DNA from: Ginglymostoma cirratum
Taxonomy: Eukaryota
Direction of reading: 5' to 3'
Assembly: GCA_024137785.1 (NCBI GenBank)
Contig: JAHRHZ010000017.1
Span: 10,727,990 to 10,791,989 of the forward strand
DNA: 64,000 nt
Below the pieces are notes generated by a model that worked only from the letters and a program-made list of their open reading frames with translations, did no database searches and was not told the DNA's origin. The first letter of the stretch is position 1; each line of letters opens with the position of its first letter. This document shows, one piece after another, positions 34,380 through 47,311 of this stretch. Position numbers and translations under genes: made by a program.

Positions 34380-37194
34380 CCCTTTCTCCCTGCCTTGAGT
34401 GGAGGTCATTTTAGCTCACTACTGCAGATCCTGCTTCTACTCAGTCCTGTAAAGTATGCACAGTATCATTATCTGAATTAGTGAAAGTGAAAGTGGGAAG
34501 GAGTATTTCTTCATCATCCATCTTTTCTGCCTCTTCCCATCCTGCAGAAAATTAGGAGAACTAAGGGACTAAAGGAAATGACAAAAAGGGGCATGAGGAG
34601 AGGCTAAGATGAGGAAGAGATGAAACTGGACCCATTTTCCTTAATTTCAGGACAGCAGCAATTCTGCATACATAATAGAGCAGGAATCAGTCAAGGCAAT
34701 ATCACTGCTTGAAACAGAAGACTGTTTAAGAAAACCCAAGAAAATATGGATAGAATCTGCCCAGTAAAACACAGACTAAATCAAAATTCTTCTTGTTGAT
34801 CTGAGCACTGATCATTCCTCCCGCAGTTATGAACATATTTTTTAATCAGTTATTCCTGGCAAGAAATATTTCTAAAGAATATTGATTGAGAAATAATTGG
34901 CCAAAAGCCTTAATTTTTGGTCCATCAGTGCCTGTCAGTCTGTGATTTCTTAACCAGCAGTTCCAGTGAGTACAATTACTCAGAGCCTGATCAAGGAATT
35001 AACCATTTAGATGAAAGTCTTTCATTAGGAATCCATGCTCCTTAAGGTCTTTCATCCTATGGCATTGTCAGCACATATGTCAACGTGAGATACTTTTCAC
35101 TGATGGCTTTTATCTAATATATCATTGCACACTTTTGAAATATAAAGCATGGATTTTCTCTGACTAAGGCTATTGCCTGGACAGCTCCGTGATGCAGGAC
35201 TTTGTGCTCTGTGGGCTAATCTCAGGAATGCACACCAAGATAACCATCAACTCTGGCTGAAGGACCATCAACTCAGTGAAAAACGCTCTTCAGTCTGCCA
35301 AAAACATGCTTGGCTTCCAGTGCAAAGATTTGTCAATGGCCAAGTGTTGCAGATTTGCACATTCCAAAGTTCAGAATTACACAAAGCATACTAAAACTTA
35401 GGACAGCTGCTTCAGGTTCTTCAGCTGTACGAAGTTAAAAATTAATAAAACCCTGGGGCTGTATATTTGTCAGCTAATGAATGCTCTAAATGTTAACTGT
35501 AATTGTAAGCATAGTGTGTAAAATGCAGTTTTGGAAGAAACTGATTTGATTTGGACATTAATTGTAATGTAACATAAAATTTGGATGGTCATTTAACTTA
35601 TGCTTACAGGTTTTATCAATAAAGAATACTTAGGAAAAGATCTGACCAAGGCTAATGCTGTCAAAGCCACATCAATAAAAAATGCAGTCATCCAGAATTC
35701 TACATCCCACTGAGAGTTCGAACAGAAGCTTGTTGCTTGGATTATCCTGTCAGATGTTTTTAATTGTTCACTGCCAAAGGTCAGAGACTCAAAGGGCAAT
35801 TACAAAGTTTGAGATGTTCTACTATTCCTTTTAAATGTTGCATACTTACTTTTCTTATTTCCCAACTCCCAGAGTAACGTATCGTTCCCAATGTCAAGGC
35901 ATACAAGTCATTTTTTTGCCAGGTCACAATGTTACTGTTATGTGCTGTCCACAGGAAGATGAGTAACGGTTGCCTTAAATGGTTCATCCACCATGTTTCC
36001 CTGTTTACAGCTAATACCCTAAGGGTAGACCTTAGAAGTTAGAAAGACATGATCACAGAACCATTCCCTATCAGTCCATGGCCCAGTATGTTGGAATGCC
36101 AAGGCATTGTGCTACAGGCATTTGCAAACTAATCATCTAATAGTTATAAAACTTTATGCTGGTGTTCCAAATTCATTTGTTTTGGATATTTATTTCCATG
36201 GCTTGTGGCTACAGGAAGGACTTGAGTTTGAATTATAGTACTACTGGTGAATAGTTAGCCAGCACAACTTCAGATATTTTCCTAATCGACCTGGTCAGAA
36301 ATGCTATTACACACTTCTGGCACATTTGGGGCTTAAAACCAGATTGCCTGCCTTAAAGGTAGGAGCCCTCCCACTGCACCAAAAGATGCCTCCTGCATTG
36401 ATTTAGATTTTATTATATCCAGAAGTTCTACCATACACAACTGAATGACATTTGCCACCACCACATTACCTATGGCAATTTTCATCTATTAACCACCACC
36501 GTCAAATTATCCATGTTTCCAGTTGTTCAATTTACATGCAGAGCCCATTAAGGGCATTGCAATAACATGAGAAGTATGGAGACAGGGAGAGGGATAAATC
36601 AAAACAGAGTTGAAAGAAGACACTCTACCCCATTTGAAGCCCATCTTTCTCTAATAACGTCCCTACACCACATTAAACTAGCTGAACTAGCTGAACGAAT
36701 CGCTAAACTCTGTTTCAAGTTGATATTTATTGAATAGGCTTTATCAAGCAATTGTATTTGTACCTTTTTCATGTTAAGAAGAAAGGAAGAGAGAAGACAA
36801 AATAATTTTTGGTCAATTTAAATAAGTAGGAACCTAAAGGTTGTCGGATCTGTGATTTCTCAATCAACAATTCTTCTGAGTATAATTACTCTGGGAATGC
36901 CCCTAATAAGGGAAATAGCCATTTAATCAATAGACCTCAGGAATTTGAGGTCCGTAAGATCTTTCACCCTGTGGTATTGTCAATACATTATTAAAGATAA
37001 GCTACTTAATTTTGACTAAAAACAATCAATTAAAAAAAACTTAACTGCGCATTTTGTAAATACAAGGCAAGGGTTATATCTGTCCTAAGCTATTGCTGCC
37101 AATATGAGCCACAAACAATAATTACACAATTTAAAATCTAAATGCAATTAAATATAATCATTGTTGGCAGTTGCACGCTAATGAGTACGATTAT

Positions 37195-38650
37195 TCACTT
37201 AGAAGATTCTGTGTGACTGGTCTTACGTTCTGTGGGTCCTGGCATGGCTGGTGAGCCCAATCCCAGAGCCAGCCCTCCAACCACACATTTGACAGGTGTT
37301 TCCAGGAGGTGGAATCAGTCCTTTACTTCAAGATCAATAGCATTTCTTTCTCTGGTTCCTTTTCTATACTTCATCTTACTAAAGTGTGTTCTTGAAGAAT
37401 TGTGTCCCTTCATTCTGGATATTCCTCCAAGTTGGTTTCTTCTCAATGAAGATCTCTCAGGCATTGACATCTATGTTGCATTTCTTGAGATAAGCCTTCA
37501 GGGAGTTTTTGAAATGCTTCCTTTGTCCTCCTCTCAGTTGAGTGCCTTCCATGAGCTGAGCAAAGATGATTTGCTTTGGTAGTTGGAACCCAGGCATCCT
37601 AAGCACATGACCAGCCCCAACAGAGTTGAAGCCCAGTCATTTCAAATAATCATGACCTTGCTGTTGGTGCTATTAGATGCTTCAAGGATGCAGATGCTAA
37701 TACATCTCTCCTCACAGATTTTGCAGAGAATCCATCTCAGACAGTGTTAATGATACTTCTTCAGGGCCTTGAGGCATCATAGCCCAAATTTAGAAACTAT
37801 TTAGAAGAGTCAGAAGGCTGACGACCCTATGCACAAGAATCTTATCAGTAAGCATGTCACAGTTGTTGAAGACTTTCATCCTTAGGCATCTGATGGCAGG
37901 ACTTGTTGATTGAATGGGGTGTTGGATTTCTGCATCGATGTTAGCCTTAGATGAGAGCCAGCTCCCTAGGTGGGAGAAATGTTCCGCATTTTGGAGATTT
38001 CTCTGTTGATCTTATCAGAAGGATAGATGCGAACTTGCCATGAGATGGGTTGGTAAAGGACTTGAGTCTTCTTGAGGTTGAGACTGAGACCAATTCTCTA
38101 ATGCAAAGGCATGAGACCAGACTTGAAGAATCTCTTCCAAGAACTGACATGATCATCATGAACATTTGTGTGAAGTTCCATGAGCAATGCTAATGATTTT
38201 TTTCTTGGATTTCAATCGGTTGAGGTTGAAAAGTTTTCATTCCATCCTGTAGACAATGTCTGCACCACAGGGAAGTTTGCTCTTGATCAGATAAAAAAGG
38301 GTGGGGTTGAAGATAGAGAAATGGTGGGGACAATGACATACCTTTGCCTGATCACTGTCTTGACCTCAAGGATTCTGTCTTGCTATTGTCACTGTGCACA
38401 ATCACTGACGTCTTGTTGTGAGGGAAATGGAGGATAGTAATGAATTTCTCTGGACAGCTGGCCTCTGACAGTGTCTTCTATAACTCTTCCAATGGAGTCA
38501 AAAGCCTTGGTCAAATCAAGAAAAGTCACATAGAATGTTATGTAGGTCTTGGCATTTCTCTTGGAGTTATCAAATAGTGAAAATCAAGCTTATAGCTCCA
38601 GAGTTTGGTCGGAAATCACACTGACTTTCCAAAAGGATTTCTTCAGTGTA
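37195..38650 (-). mobile_element. RTE-clade LINE fragment, decayed
   Basis: Minus strand FYVTFLDLTKAFDSI (about 38495-38540), plus an RTE-like C-terminal region and tail. Confidence 0.75.
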
Positions 38651-39139
38651 ATATAATGTGATACAGTTAACTGCTCCATTCTCAACCCAAACAACATTGT
38701 CAACAAGCTCTTTAGGTACAATAGCTTTGAAACACATTGATGACTCCATTAAATGTGATTTGTAAATTCAGTGGAGTGAACCAGAAAAACTGAAACAAAA
38801 TCCTGGTTGCAACAGTACATTTTACAACCCTTTGGGTGTTTTCCTAATCAACCCCTTCAGCAATGTTATTACATACATCTGAAGCAGATGAGATTTGAAC
38901 CCAGATATCCTGACTCAGGGGTAGAGACTGTACCACTGTGCCACAAGACCCCTAATGCACTGTTTTGTTTTTTTTAATGACAATATTCATCACCTGTTTC
39001 TCCTAAATACAAAACTACCCCCTTCAACTTTCCATTACTCTCCTGGAATTATAGTAACACTCTATTCAATCTTCCAATGTTGCTACACAAATCCCATTCT
39101 TATTATTACCCCTCCCTTTTCACTTCTCCCTTCTTTCAT

Positions 39140-39530
39140 CAGCAGCACTATTCTTCCTTGACTGGCAATTTTTCACAACTTCCATCAAACCTGCGTGTCT
39201 CACAACTCAGCCTTCCACCCAGCTTTTTGTCATCTGCAAACATGGAGATTTTACATTTAGTTCCCTCATCTAAATCATTGCCATATATTGTGAATAGCTG
39301 CAGTCCGAGTACCAATACCTGTGTTACCGCACTTGTTACTCCCTGCCCTTCAGAAAAAGACCCATTCATTCTATTCTTGTTTCCCACCAGCTAATCAATT
39401 TTCTATCCATCTCAATACTCTACTTTAATTTTACATATCAGTCTCTTGTGTGGGACTTTGTCAAAAGTCTTCTGAGATTCCAAACAAACCATATCCATTG
39501 CCCCTCCTGATCAACTCTACTAGTTACGTA
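39140..39530 (-). mobile_element. CR1 RT fragment
   Basis: VTSAVTQVLVLGLQLFTIYGNDLDEGTKCKISMFADD. Confidence 0.85.
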
Positions 39531-40060
39531 CTAACTCAAGAGAGGATGCTCACATTAATATGCCTACCCTTCCAGTGGATTTGCAGGATTTTGTGAAGGC
39601 AATACTGCCTTCTCCAGGATAAATTCTCTGATAATTCTCCAGGAAGTCTGCTGTACTTGGTGCATATTTCTGATGCATACAGGAGGTTACGAACCACACA
39701 TCTCTGCCAGGATCTCCTGCATCGTCACACCGGGTCTTCTAAAGAATAGGACGCCTTTCCTCCTATCTCTGTCTTCCTCTCCAGGAATCATCTGCAAGCT
39801 AGCTCTCTGATCATTCTTCAGATCCTCTTACTTGTTGTTGTATGACAACAGCATAGGAAAATAGAGAATATAATGTTGCCAAAAGAGGTTAATTTCTGCT
39901 CGAAATAGGCCTCAGGCCATTGCTAAAATTTGCACAAAGAAGAAGTGATGGCTCAGCATTTCCCAATTTGAAATTATACCACAGAGCCGCATCACTGAAC
40001 ATAAACAGCACAGTGTGGGCAGAGTTAGAACATTCTAGAATGAAAGAATCTTGAGAACAT

Positions 40061-40373
40061 GGCCAACACAGTGGCTAGCATTGCAGCATCACAGTACCAG
40101 GGATCCAGGTTCAATTCCACCCTGGGGCAGTCTGTATGCAGCTTGTACATTCTCCCTGTTTCTGTGCAGGTTTCCTCCGGGTGCTGCAGTTTCCTCCTAC
40201 AGTCTAAAGCTGTGCAGGTTATGTGGACTGGCCATACTAAATTTCCCATAGTGTCCAGGAATGTGTAGGGTAGGCAAAACGCAGAATTACAGGGATCGTG
40301 TAAGTCAGTGGGATGCTTTTTGTAGGGTCAGTGTGGGCTTGATGGGCTGCTTCTATGCTGTAGGGATCCTATG
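40061..40373 (+). mobile_element. HE1/V-SINE
   Basis: B-box ggttcaattcc; V-domain cattctccctgtttctgtgcaggtttcctccgggtgctgcagtttcctcctacagtctaaag; tail tgtagggatcctatga. Confidence 0.88.
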
Positions 40374-40459
40374 AACTTATGCAATTGAACATGTGAAGAA
40401 GATAGATTAGTTGTTACCTGAAGTAAACATAAATCAGAACCTAGTGTATTTAAATATGC

Positions 40460-40695
40460 TGAAATAAATGCACAGAGGCCAGTACCCCATTACCCACTCA
40501 TCCTTTATTTACACAAGGATAGTACATAAACTCTGACCAGCTATCTCAAAGCCAGTCCCTAGAATGAGGAGACTGGCAGAGACTCCTGTTTATATCTGTC
40601 AGCCAGCACTCCCTGATTGGTGTAGGTTTACAACCCCAATCAGGCATCACATGCTCAACAAGATCTACCTGACTAACCTCATTCCAATCACTACA
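40460..40695 (-). mobile_element. Probable solo LTR
   Basis: TG...CA termini. The minus strand has a TATA-like GATATAAA followed by AATAAA. The TSD is not clean. Confidence 0.5.
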
Positions 40696-40699
40696 GTTG

Positions 40700-40885
40700 C
40701 CATTGTCCTATCACAGGCCGCTCTCATTAGGAAGAGATGATTAATGGTGGTTTAACCTGAGGGTCACCACGCTTCAGGCAAAGGGCAACATTGAGAAGGA
40801 GAGTCCTTCAATGATAACTTTAACTGGTGCAGGAATTGCTCCCACACTGTTGGCATCTCTCTGCATTGCAAACCAGCCAGCTTCC
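40700..40885 (-). mobile_element. tRNA-derived SINE family (other copies 49358-49545 and 51255-51435)
   Basis: Three mutually similar copies. The 49xxx copy on the minus strand begins ggttagctcagttggctgg (A box). Confidence 0.7.
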
Positions 40886-40887
40886 AG

Positions 40888-41407
40888 TATAACAAGCATG
40901 GGGCTGGATGAACACAGCAGGTCAAGCAGCATCATAGGATGCTGCAGGAAAACTTGACGTTTCGGGCCTAAACCCTTCATCAGAAATGGGGGAGGGGGAG
41001 AGGGTTCTGAAATAAATAGGGAGAGAGGGGGAGGCGGATAGAGGATGGATAGAGGAGAGGATAGGTGGAGAGGAGGCAGACAAGTCGAAGAGACGGGGAT
41101 GGAGCCAGTAAAGGTGAGTGTAGGTAGGGGGGTAGGGAGGAGATAGGTCAGTCCAGGGAGGACGGACAGGTCAAGGGGGCGGGATGATGTTGGTAGATAG
41201 GAGATGGGGGTGTGGCTTGGGGTGAGAGGAAAAACAGGTTAGGGAGGTGGAGATGAGCTGGGCTGGTTTTGGGATGCGGTTGGGGGAGGGGAGATTTTGA
41301 AGCTTGTGAAATCCACATTGATGCCATTGGGCTGCAGGGTTCCCAGGCTGAATATGATTTGCTGTTCCTGCAGCCTTCGGGTGGCATCACTGTGGCATTG
41401 CAGGAGG
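40888..41407 (-). mobile_element. Penelope-like element 3' end (GIY-YIG C-terminus plus tail with hammerhead)
   Basis: RRLQEQQIIFSLGTLQPNGINVDF. Minus-strand ATTT-CTGATGA-AGGG-TTTAGG-CCC-GAAAC-GTC-AAGT at 40952-40987. Confidence 0.9.
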
Positions 41408-41751
41408 TTGCCTGAGTCTATGCCTGATGATACTCCTTGACCGGTCTGTCTCAAGCACAAAACTCATAGAGTGGCATCATCTGGTCCGATCAAAAGAGCC
41501 GTCAATCTTGTACAAATGAGGAATATTTTCAAAAATCACTTAGGCCTTCTGCTGGCAATGTAAGGACAGTTTGCCAGTTTCTATCCTGTCCAATATTGTC
41601 TTTCAGGTAAGATTTGGGCTTCTGTTTTTTAGACTTTATTTGAAAAGTATATTTAACATCTTAATCCTGTATTTGTATGCACTAAGATAAAAAATAATTA
41701 ATGACATCCATTCAGATCCTGTTTACTGTAAAAACAAAGTTTAAATTAGTA

Positions 41752-42167
41752 GGGCTATTTTCTCTGGAGCATTGGAGGCTGAAGGGTGACCTTATGGAGG
41801 TGTATGGAATGAGGGGCTTCAAGAGGGTAAGTAGCCAAGGTCTTTTCCTGGGGTAAGGGTGTCCAAAGCAACAGGGCATAGATTTAAGGTGAGAGGGGAA
41901 AGATTTAAAACGGACCTAAGGGGCAATTTTTTTCACACTGAAGGTAGTGCATGTGTGGAATGAGCTGCAAGAGGAGGTGGTGAAGGCTGGTACAATTACA
42001 TAATTTAAAAGGCATCTGGATGGATACATGGAAAGGAAGTGATAGAAAGGTATGGGCCAAATGCTGGCAAATGGGACTAGATTAATTTAAGATATCTGGT
42101 CAGCATGGATGAGTTGGACTGAAGGGTCTATTTCTGTGCTGTACGTCTCTATGATTCCATGACTCTA
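41752..42167 (+). mobile_element. CR1/HER1-like 3' fragment
   Basis: Aligns to 28670-29068; tail ctctatgattccatgactctat. Confidence 0.9.
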
Positions 42168-42479
42168 TTTAAAAAAAATTCTTCATCAGCTTCACTTATC
42201 CAATGCTTCTTTGTTTATTCATTCCTAAGTTTCTTGCGCGCATATTATACATTGATTTATCTTCATTGTGTTACTGACAATCAAGCTTTGCGTGAAATGG
42301 CACAAGTAATAATTAAACTCCTGCAAATGGATGTGTAGGATTTCTTGGTATGTGTACAACACATGTACTACGATCCTAACCATCCTTTTTGCTTTTAAAC
42401 ACTGTATGATCGTTGTGTCTCTTCAGATTTCTGTGAATTATGTTGTAAAGGTTTGAAGCAAATAATTTGTCATCAACAC

Positions 42480-43040
42480 AAAAGTAGTTGCTCGTGAAGA
42501 TGATGGCTGCCAGCTGCAGGATGCTATCAATGGTTTTCTTGAATGGAAAAATGGCAAAGGGAATTCGGTTTGGAGAAATGCAAGGTTATGCATTTGGGAA
42601 GGGAAAGAAACAAAGGAAATAATTACTGTAGAGAGAATACAGAAGAGATTTACAAGAATGTTGCCAGGACTTGTAGGTATAAGGAAAGATTGGATAAGCT
42701 AGGGCTGTTTTCCTTTGAACAGAGGAGACTGAAGGGCTGTTTAGTTGAAGTGTACATGATGAGCATCGATACAATGGACAAGGAGCACTTGTTTCTCTTA
42801 GCAGAACGGTCAATTCCAGGGGGCACAGATTTAAGGCAAAAGGTACAAGAATTAGAGAGGTCATGAAAAAAAACATTTTTTATCTAGAGGGCTATGGGTG
42901 CCTAGAATTCACTACTAGGTTTGGTGGTGGAGGCAGATAACCTCAAGTCATTTAAAAGGAATCTGGATCCGCACCAGAATTGCTGTAACCTGCAAAGCTA
43001 CAGACAAGGGGCTGGAGAGGGGATTGGAATGGTTGGTTCC
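42480..43040 (+). mobile_element. Decayed CR1 fragment
   Basis: EKWQREFGLEKCKVMHLGR and YKERLDKLGLFSFEQRRLKG. Confidence 0.8.
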
Positions 43041-43519
43041 TGTGTAACTTTTCTATAGATCAATGATGAATGCATCGTTGACAAAGTTTAATATATCTTG
43101 TTTGGGGAGAGGTTATGTGTGTAACACCAAATGTTCTCATTTCACTGCAACTCATTCACAGATAATACAATATTGCAGCTGATGTTTCCATTGAATCTGA
43201 TCTATTTCAAAGCAGTAGTGAGGAATGGATTAACAGATGGCACCAAGCGGGGAATGTGCAGTCGGCAGGAAGGTTTACTCTTTTGATGATGCCACTAACC
43301 AGCCCAGCCACCTGGATAGGCAGAGATTCTCACAGTCACATGAGCCTGAAGCAAGCTGCATGTGATTTCAGCTTCCACATTTTTCTGACTATTATCAATT
43401 TTTATTTTATATTCAAGCATTTGTTCTGAAACTACCCATTTTGTTTACAATACCAGCAGAGATTGTTTGAAAAAAATTCATTTCATTTTGTTCTAAGTAA
43501 TACATAACCCTGCTCCTGA

Positions 43520-46110
43520 CAAGGGGCGGGTGACTTGTTTCCACATCTCCACCGATGCTGCTTTACAACAGGGAAGGGTGGCTGGGTTGGATTTGTCCTG
43601 CTTTTTGTGTAGAAGAGATACCTGGACAATTTTCCACATTGTCAGGTAGATACCAGTGTTGTAATGGTACTAGAAGAGCTTGGCTAGGGGTTGCTGCAAG
43701 TTCTGGAGCACAAGTCTTCAGTACCATTGCAAAAATGTTGTCAGGGTCCATAGACTTAGCACTATCCAATGTCTCCAGTTGTTTCTTGACAACACATGGA
43801 ATTGAATTGCTTGAAGAGTGGTATCAATGATTCTGGGGATCACTGGAGGAGGCGGAGATGGATCAGCCACTCAGCACTTCTGGCTGAAGATCGCTGCGAA
43901 AGCTTCCGATTTATCTTTTGCACTGCTGTGCTGGGCTCTTCCATCGTTGAGGATGGGAATATTTGTGGAGTGTCCTCCTCCAATGAGTTGATTAATTGTC
44001 CATCACCATTCACAGCTGGACATGGCAGGACTGCAGATCTGATCCTTTAGTCGTGGGATCACCTATCTCTGTCTATCACATGCTGCTTATGCTTTTTGGC
44101 GTTCAACTAGTCCTGTTTAGTGACTTCACCAGGTTGACACTTTATCTTCAGGTATGCCAGGTGCTGCTCCTGGCATGCCCTACTACACTCTCCATTGAAC
44201 CAGGGTTGATCCCCTGGCTTGATGGTAATGGTTGAGTAGAGGATATGCTGGGCCATGAGCTTACAGATTGTGCTGGAGTACAATTCTGCCGCTTTCGATG
44301 GCCCACTGAGTCTCATGGATGCCCAGCCTTGAGTTACAAGATCTATTCAAAGTCTGTTCCATATAGCACAGTGCCATACAATATGATGGAGGGTCAGCGT
44401 GAAGGCAAGATTTAGGTCCCCAAGGACAGTTCGTAGTCACTGTTACCAATACTGTCATGGACAGTTGCATCTGCAGCTGGCAGTATGGTGAGGATGAGGT
44501 CAAGTATGTTATTCTCTCACCACTGCATCACACTCAATCTAGCAACTAAGTCCTTTAGGACCCCCCAGCCGACTCAGTAGTGCTGCTGCTGAGCCACTCT
44601 TGTTTGTAGACATTGAAATCATAGTTTTCCCATTTTCTGTTGTATTCTATTGCCCTATCCACATCAATAGACAAACCACTAGCAAGGGAAACAATGACAA
44701 TACTACTTGAACAAGAGCACGACCCCAGTGAAACCATCTCCAAAGACAACATGCTCAAACTATTGGACCTCTGCCTCACCACACACTTCACTTTCAGTGG
44801 CCAAGCATACGAGCAAATCAATGGGACACCCATGGGATCACCTATCTCCGGACTCATAGCAGAAGCGGTGATGCAAAGACTAGAATGGGCTGCCCTTCCG
44901 CAAATCCAACCTGAACTGTGGATACGCTACATAGACGACACCTTTGTCATCATTAAACAGACCAAATGAGAGGAGACACACAAACTTATAAACAACGCCC
45001 TCACCGAAAAAAAATTCACCACAGAGGAGGTGAAGAACAAATAGCTCCCATTCCTGGATATCATGGAAGAGCGCAAGACAAATGGGGAACTGCAAACAAA
45101 GTACACCGAAAAACCCCACACACAGACCAGGTACTGCACTAACCAGTAAACATCCCCACACACACAAATGAAGCTGCGTGTGAACACTATTTAAAACAAC
45201 ACACTGCGGCAACACGGAACTACACGAAGAAGAAGAAGAATACCTCTTCCAGGTTTTCAAGGATAATGGATATCCAAAAAACTGGGTCAGAAAATGCCTA
45301 CACGAACAGCATCAGAAAGAGACTTCATGACCCGACACACTCATCACACTACCCTACATCAGGAACACGTCGGAACTCACCACAAGACATCTACGACCGC
45401 TGGGCATCAGAGTGGCACACAAGCCCACGTCAACCCTATGACAACTGCTCACCCAAGGACCCACTCCCCGCCATGGACAGGACCAATGTCATCTACAAGA
45501 TCCCCTGTGAGAAACACTGCATCAGACAAACAGGAAGGAAACTAACGACAAGAGTACATGAACACCAACTGGCTACAAAAAGGAACGACCAATACTCACT
45601 CATCTCAATCCACATGGACAAGGAGAACCACCACTTCGACTGGGACAACACCAAGATCCTGGGACAGGCTAGGCAGAGACAGGCATGAGAATTCCTAGAA
45701 GCCTGGCACTCCACAAACCATGCTATTAAGAAATACATTGAACTCGACCCCATATACATTCCACTACGGAGGAAAACTGGAAGTGAGGCAATCCATCGCA
45801 ATAGACCCCAGAGTTTAAAAACCAGGCGGGAAAACACACAACGCTTCATCGGAGGCTGCACTGAGGATGTTACCCAGCATGGCAACAAAACGTCTGCGAA
45901 ACAAGAAACCAGCTCGGCAAGCCAACCAACTTCAACCTCAAGACATTGAAATCCCCAACCCACCGTACATTTTGTGTCCTTGCCACCCTCAAAGTTTCCT
46001 CCAAGTGTTGTTCAACATGGAGGAGTACTGATTCATCAGCCAAAGGAGGACAGTACGTGGTAATCAGCAGGAAGTTTTCTAACCCTAGGTTTAATCTGAA
46101 GCCATGAGAC
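43520..46110 (-). mobile_element. CR1/L2-group LINE fragment (APE endonuclease to RT start), interrupted by a Penelope insertion
   Basis: (G)DFNV..QEWL, IKPGDQPWFNGEC and KSMDPDNIFAMVLKTCAPELA. The sequence resumes after 45941. Confidence 0.8.
44621..45940 (+). mobile_element. Penelope-like retroelement (RT plus GIY-YIG), 5'-truncated and disrupted
   Basis: YEQINGTPMGSPISG, WIRYIDDTFVII and NVIYKIPC...QTGRKLTTRVHEH. 13-bp TSD AGACATTGAAATC at 44608-44620 and 45941-45953. Confidence 0.93.
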
Positions 46111-47311
46111 CAGTTAAGGATGGCATCCTTCTTTCTTTAAAAAATATTTGTGAATGAGATAGGATTTTAAGGACGTTCAACAGTCATTTTATGGCACCAT
46201 TATTGAGACCAACTCTATATTCCAAAGTTACTAAGTGAATAAATTCCACCAGCTCTCTTGTTGGATTTGAACCCAGTCACCCCAAAGCATTACTCTATGA
46301 ACTGCATGACTAGACAACTGACATTAGTCCCATTCATTCACAAAATTTCTGGATGAACTAAATTTCTTAACATAAAACATTAATGTGAAACATTTTGCAA
46401 TGTATGTACTGATCAGCGTAAACATACACTGTGGCTGTGCTGTGCAAAGTTATTGTTTCATATACAAAAAAACATAACATCCAGACCAGAAAAAAAGCAA
46501 AAGACAAACTAAAATCTGTTTGTCACAGGCAACACTTTTGAATATTTTTTCTCTATTTTGTCCTGTAAACATCGCAAAAATATTTTGGATACTATCTTTA
46601 TTTTCTCAACAATTATTGTGGAATAAACAGGTTTACGCACTAACTCATCAGCACAGAGCACATTGAGGCACTGTCAGGTTCATGAACATGATTCCAGTAT
46701 GTCCACATAATGTACGGACTAGTACTGATGCTCATCTCAGTGGAAAAGAAATTATTCTTTACAATGTCATAATGTAATTTAAATAACATTATGCATTAAT
46801 ATAATGTATCGCCAATTACAGTTAAATTGCAAAGTCTGACAGATTTTGCATTTGATTTGCATAGAACTCTATATTTTACTGTCATTCCATAATAATGAGA
46901 TCAGGCCAATTAATAATGCTGTCTGTGGGGAACTGCTCAGTGGTTGCTGATTCTCAGTTCTTTGATTAAATTTGAATGGTATTATATTCCTATTTGATAC
47001 CAAACTCTGTATTTTGAAAACACTTATGCAAATATTATTGTGTACTGGAACTCATTTTGACTTTCATTACTAGTCATGCAAGAAATTGACATCTGGAATT
47101 CTGTGGTATAAACTCAGACCAGTCTCATTTCAATGTGGACTTGTGGAAGTCAGTATTGGTCTGTCTCTGTAGTTGCACATTAAAAAATAATCTCTGTATC
47201 TTCACTCATTGTTTAGTTAAAAGCTGCTGGATTTCATTTGGAAATATTTTAACTGTCGGTGGTCTGTTCGATAAGTTTGAAAAATACGGGCAGCTCCATG
47301 GTTTTTGCACT

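Noticed and set aside
39540-39850. Purine-rich minus-strand stretch resembling a host exon
   Set aside because: It contains CLHKILQIHWKGRHINVSIL, an RTE LINE C-terminal motif.
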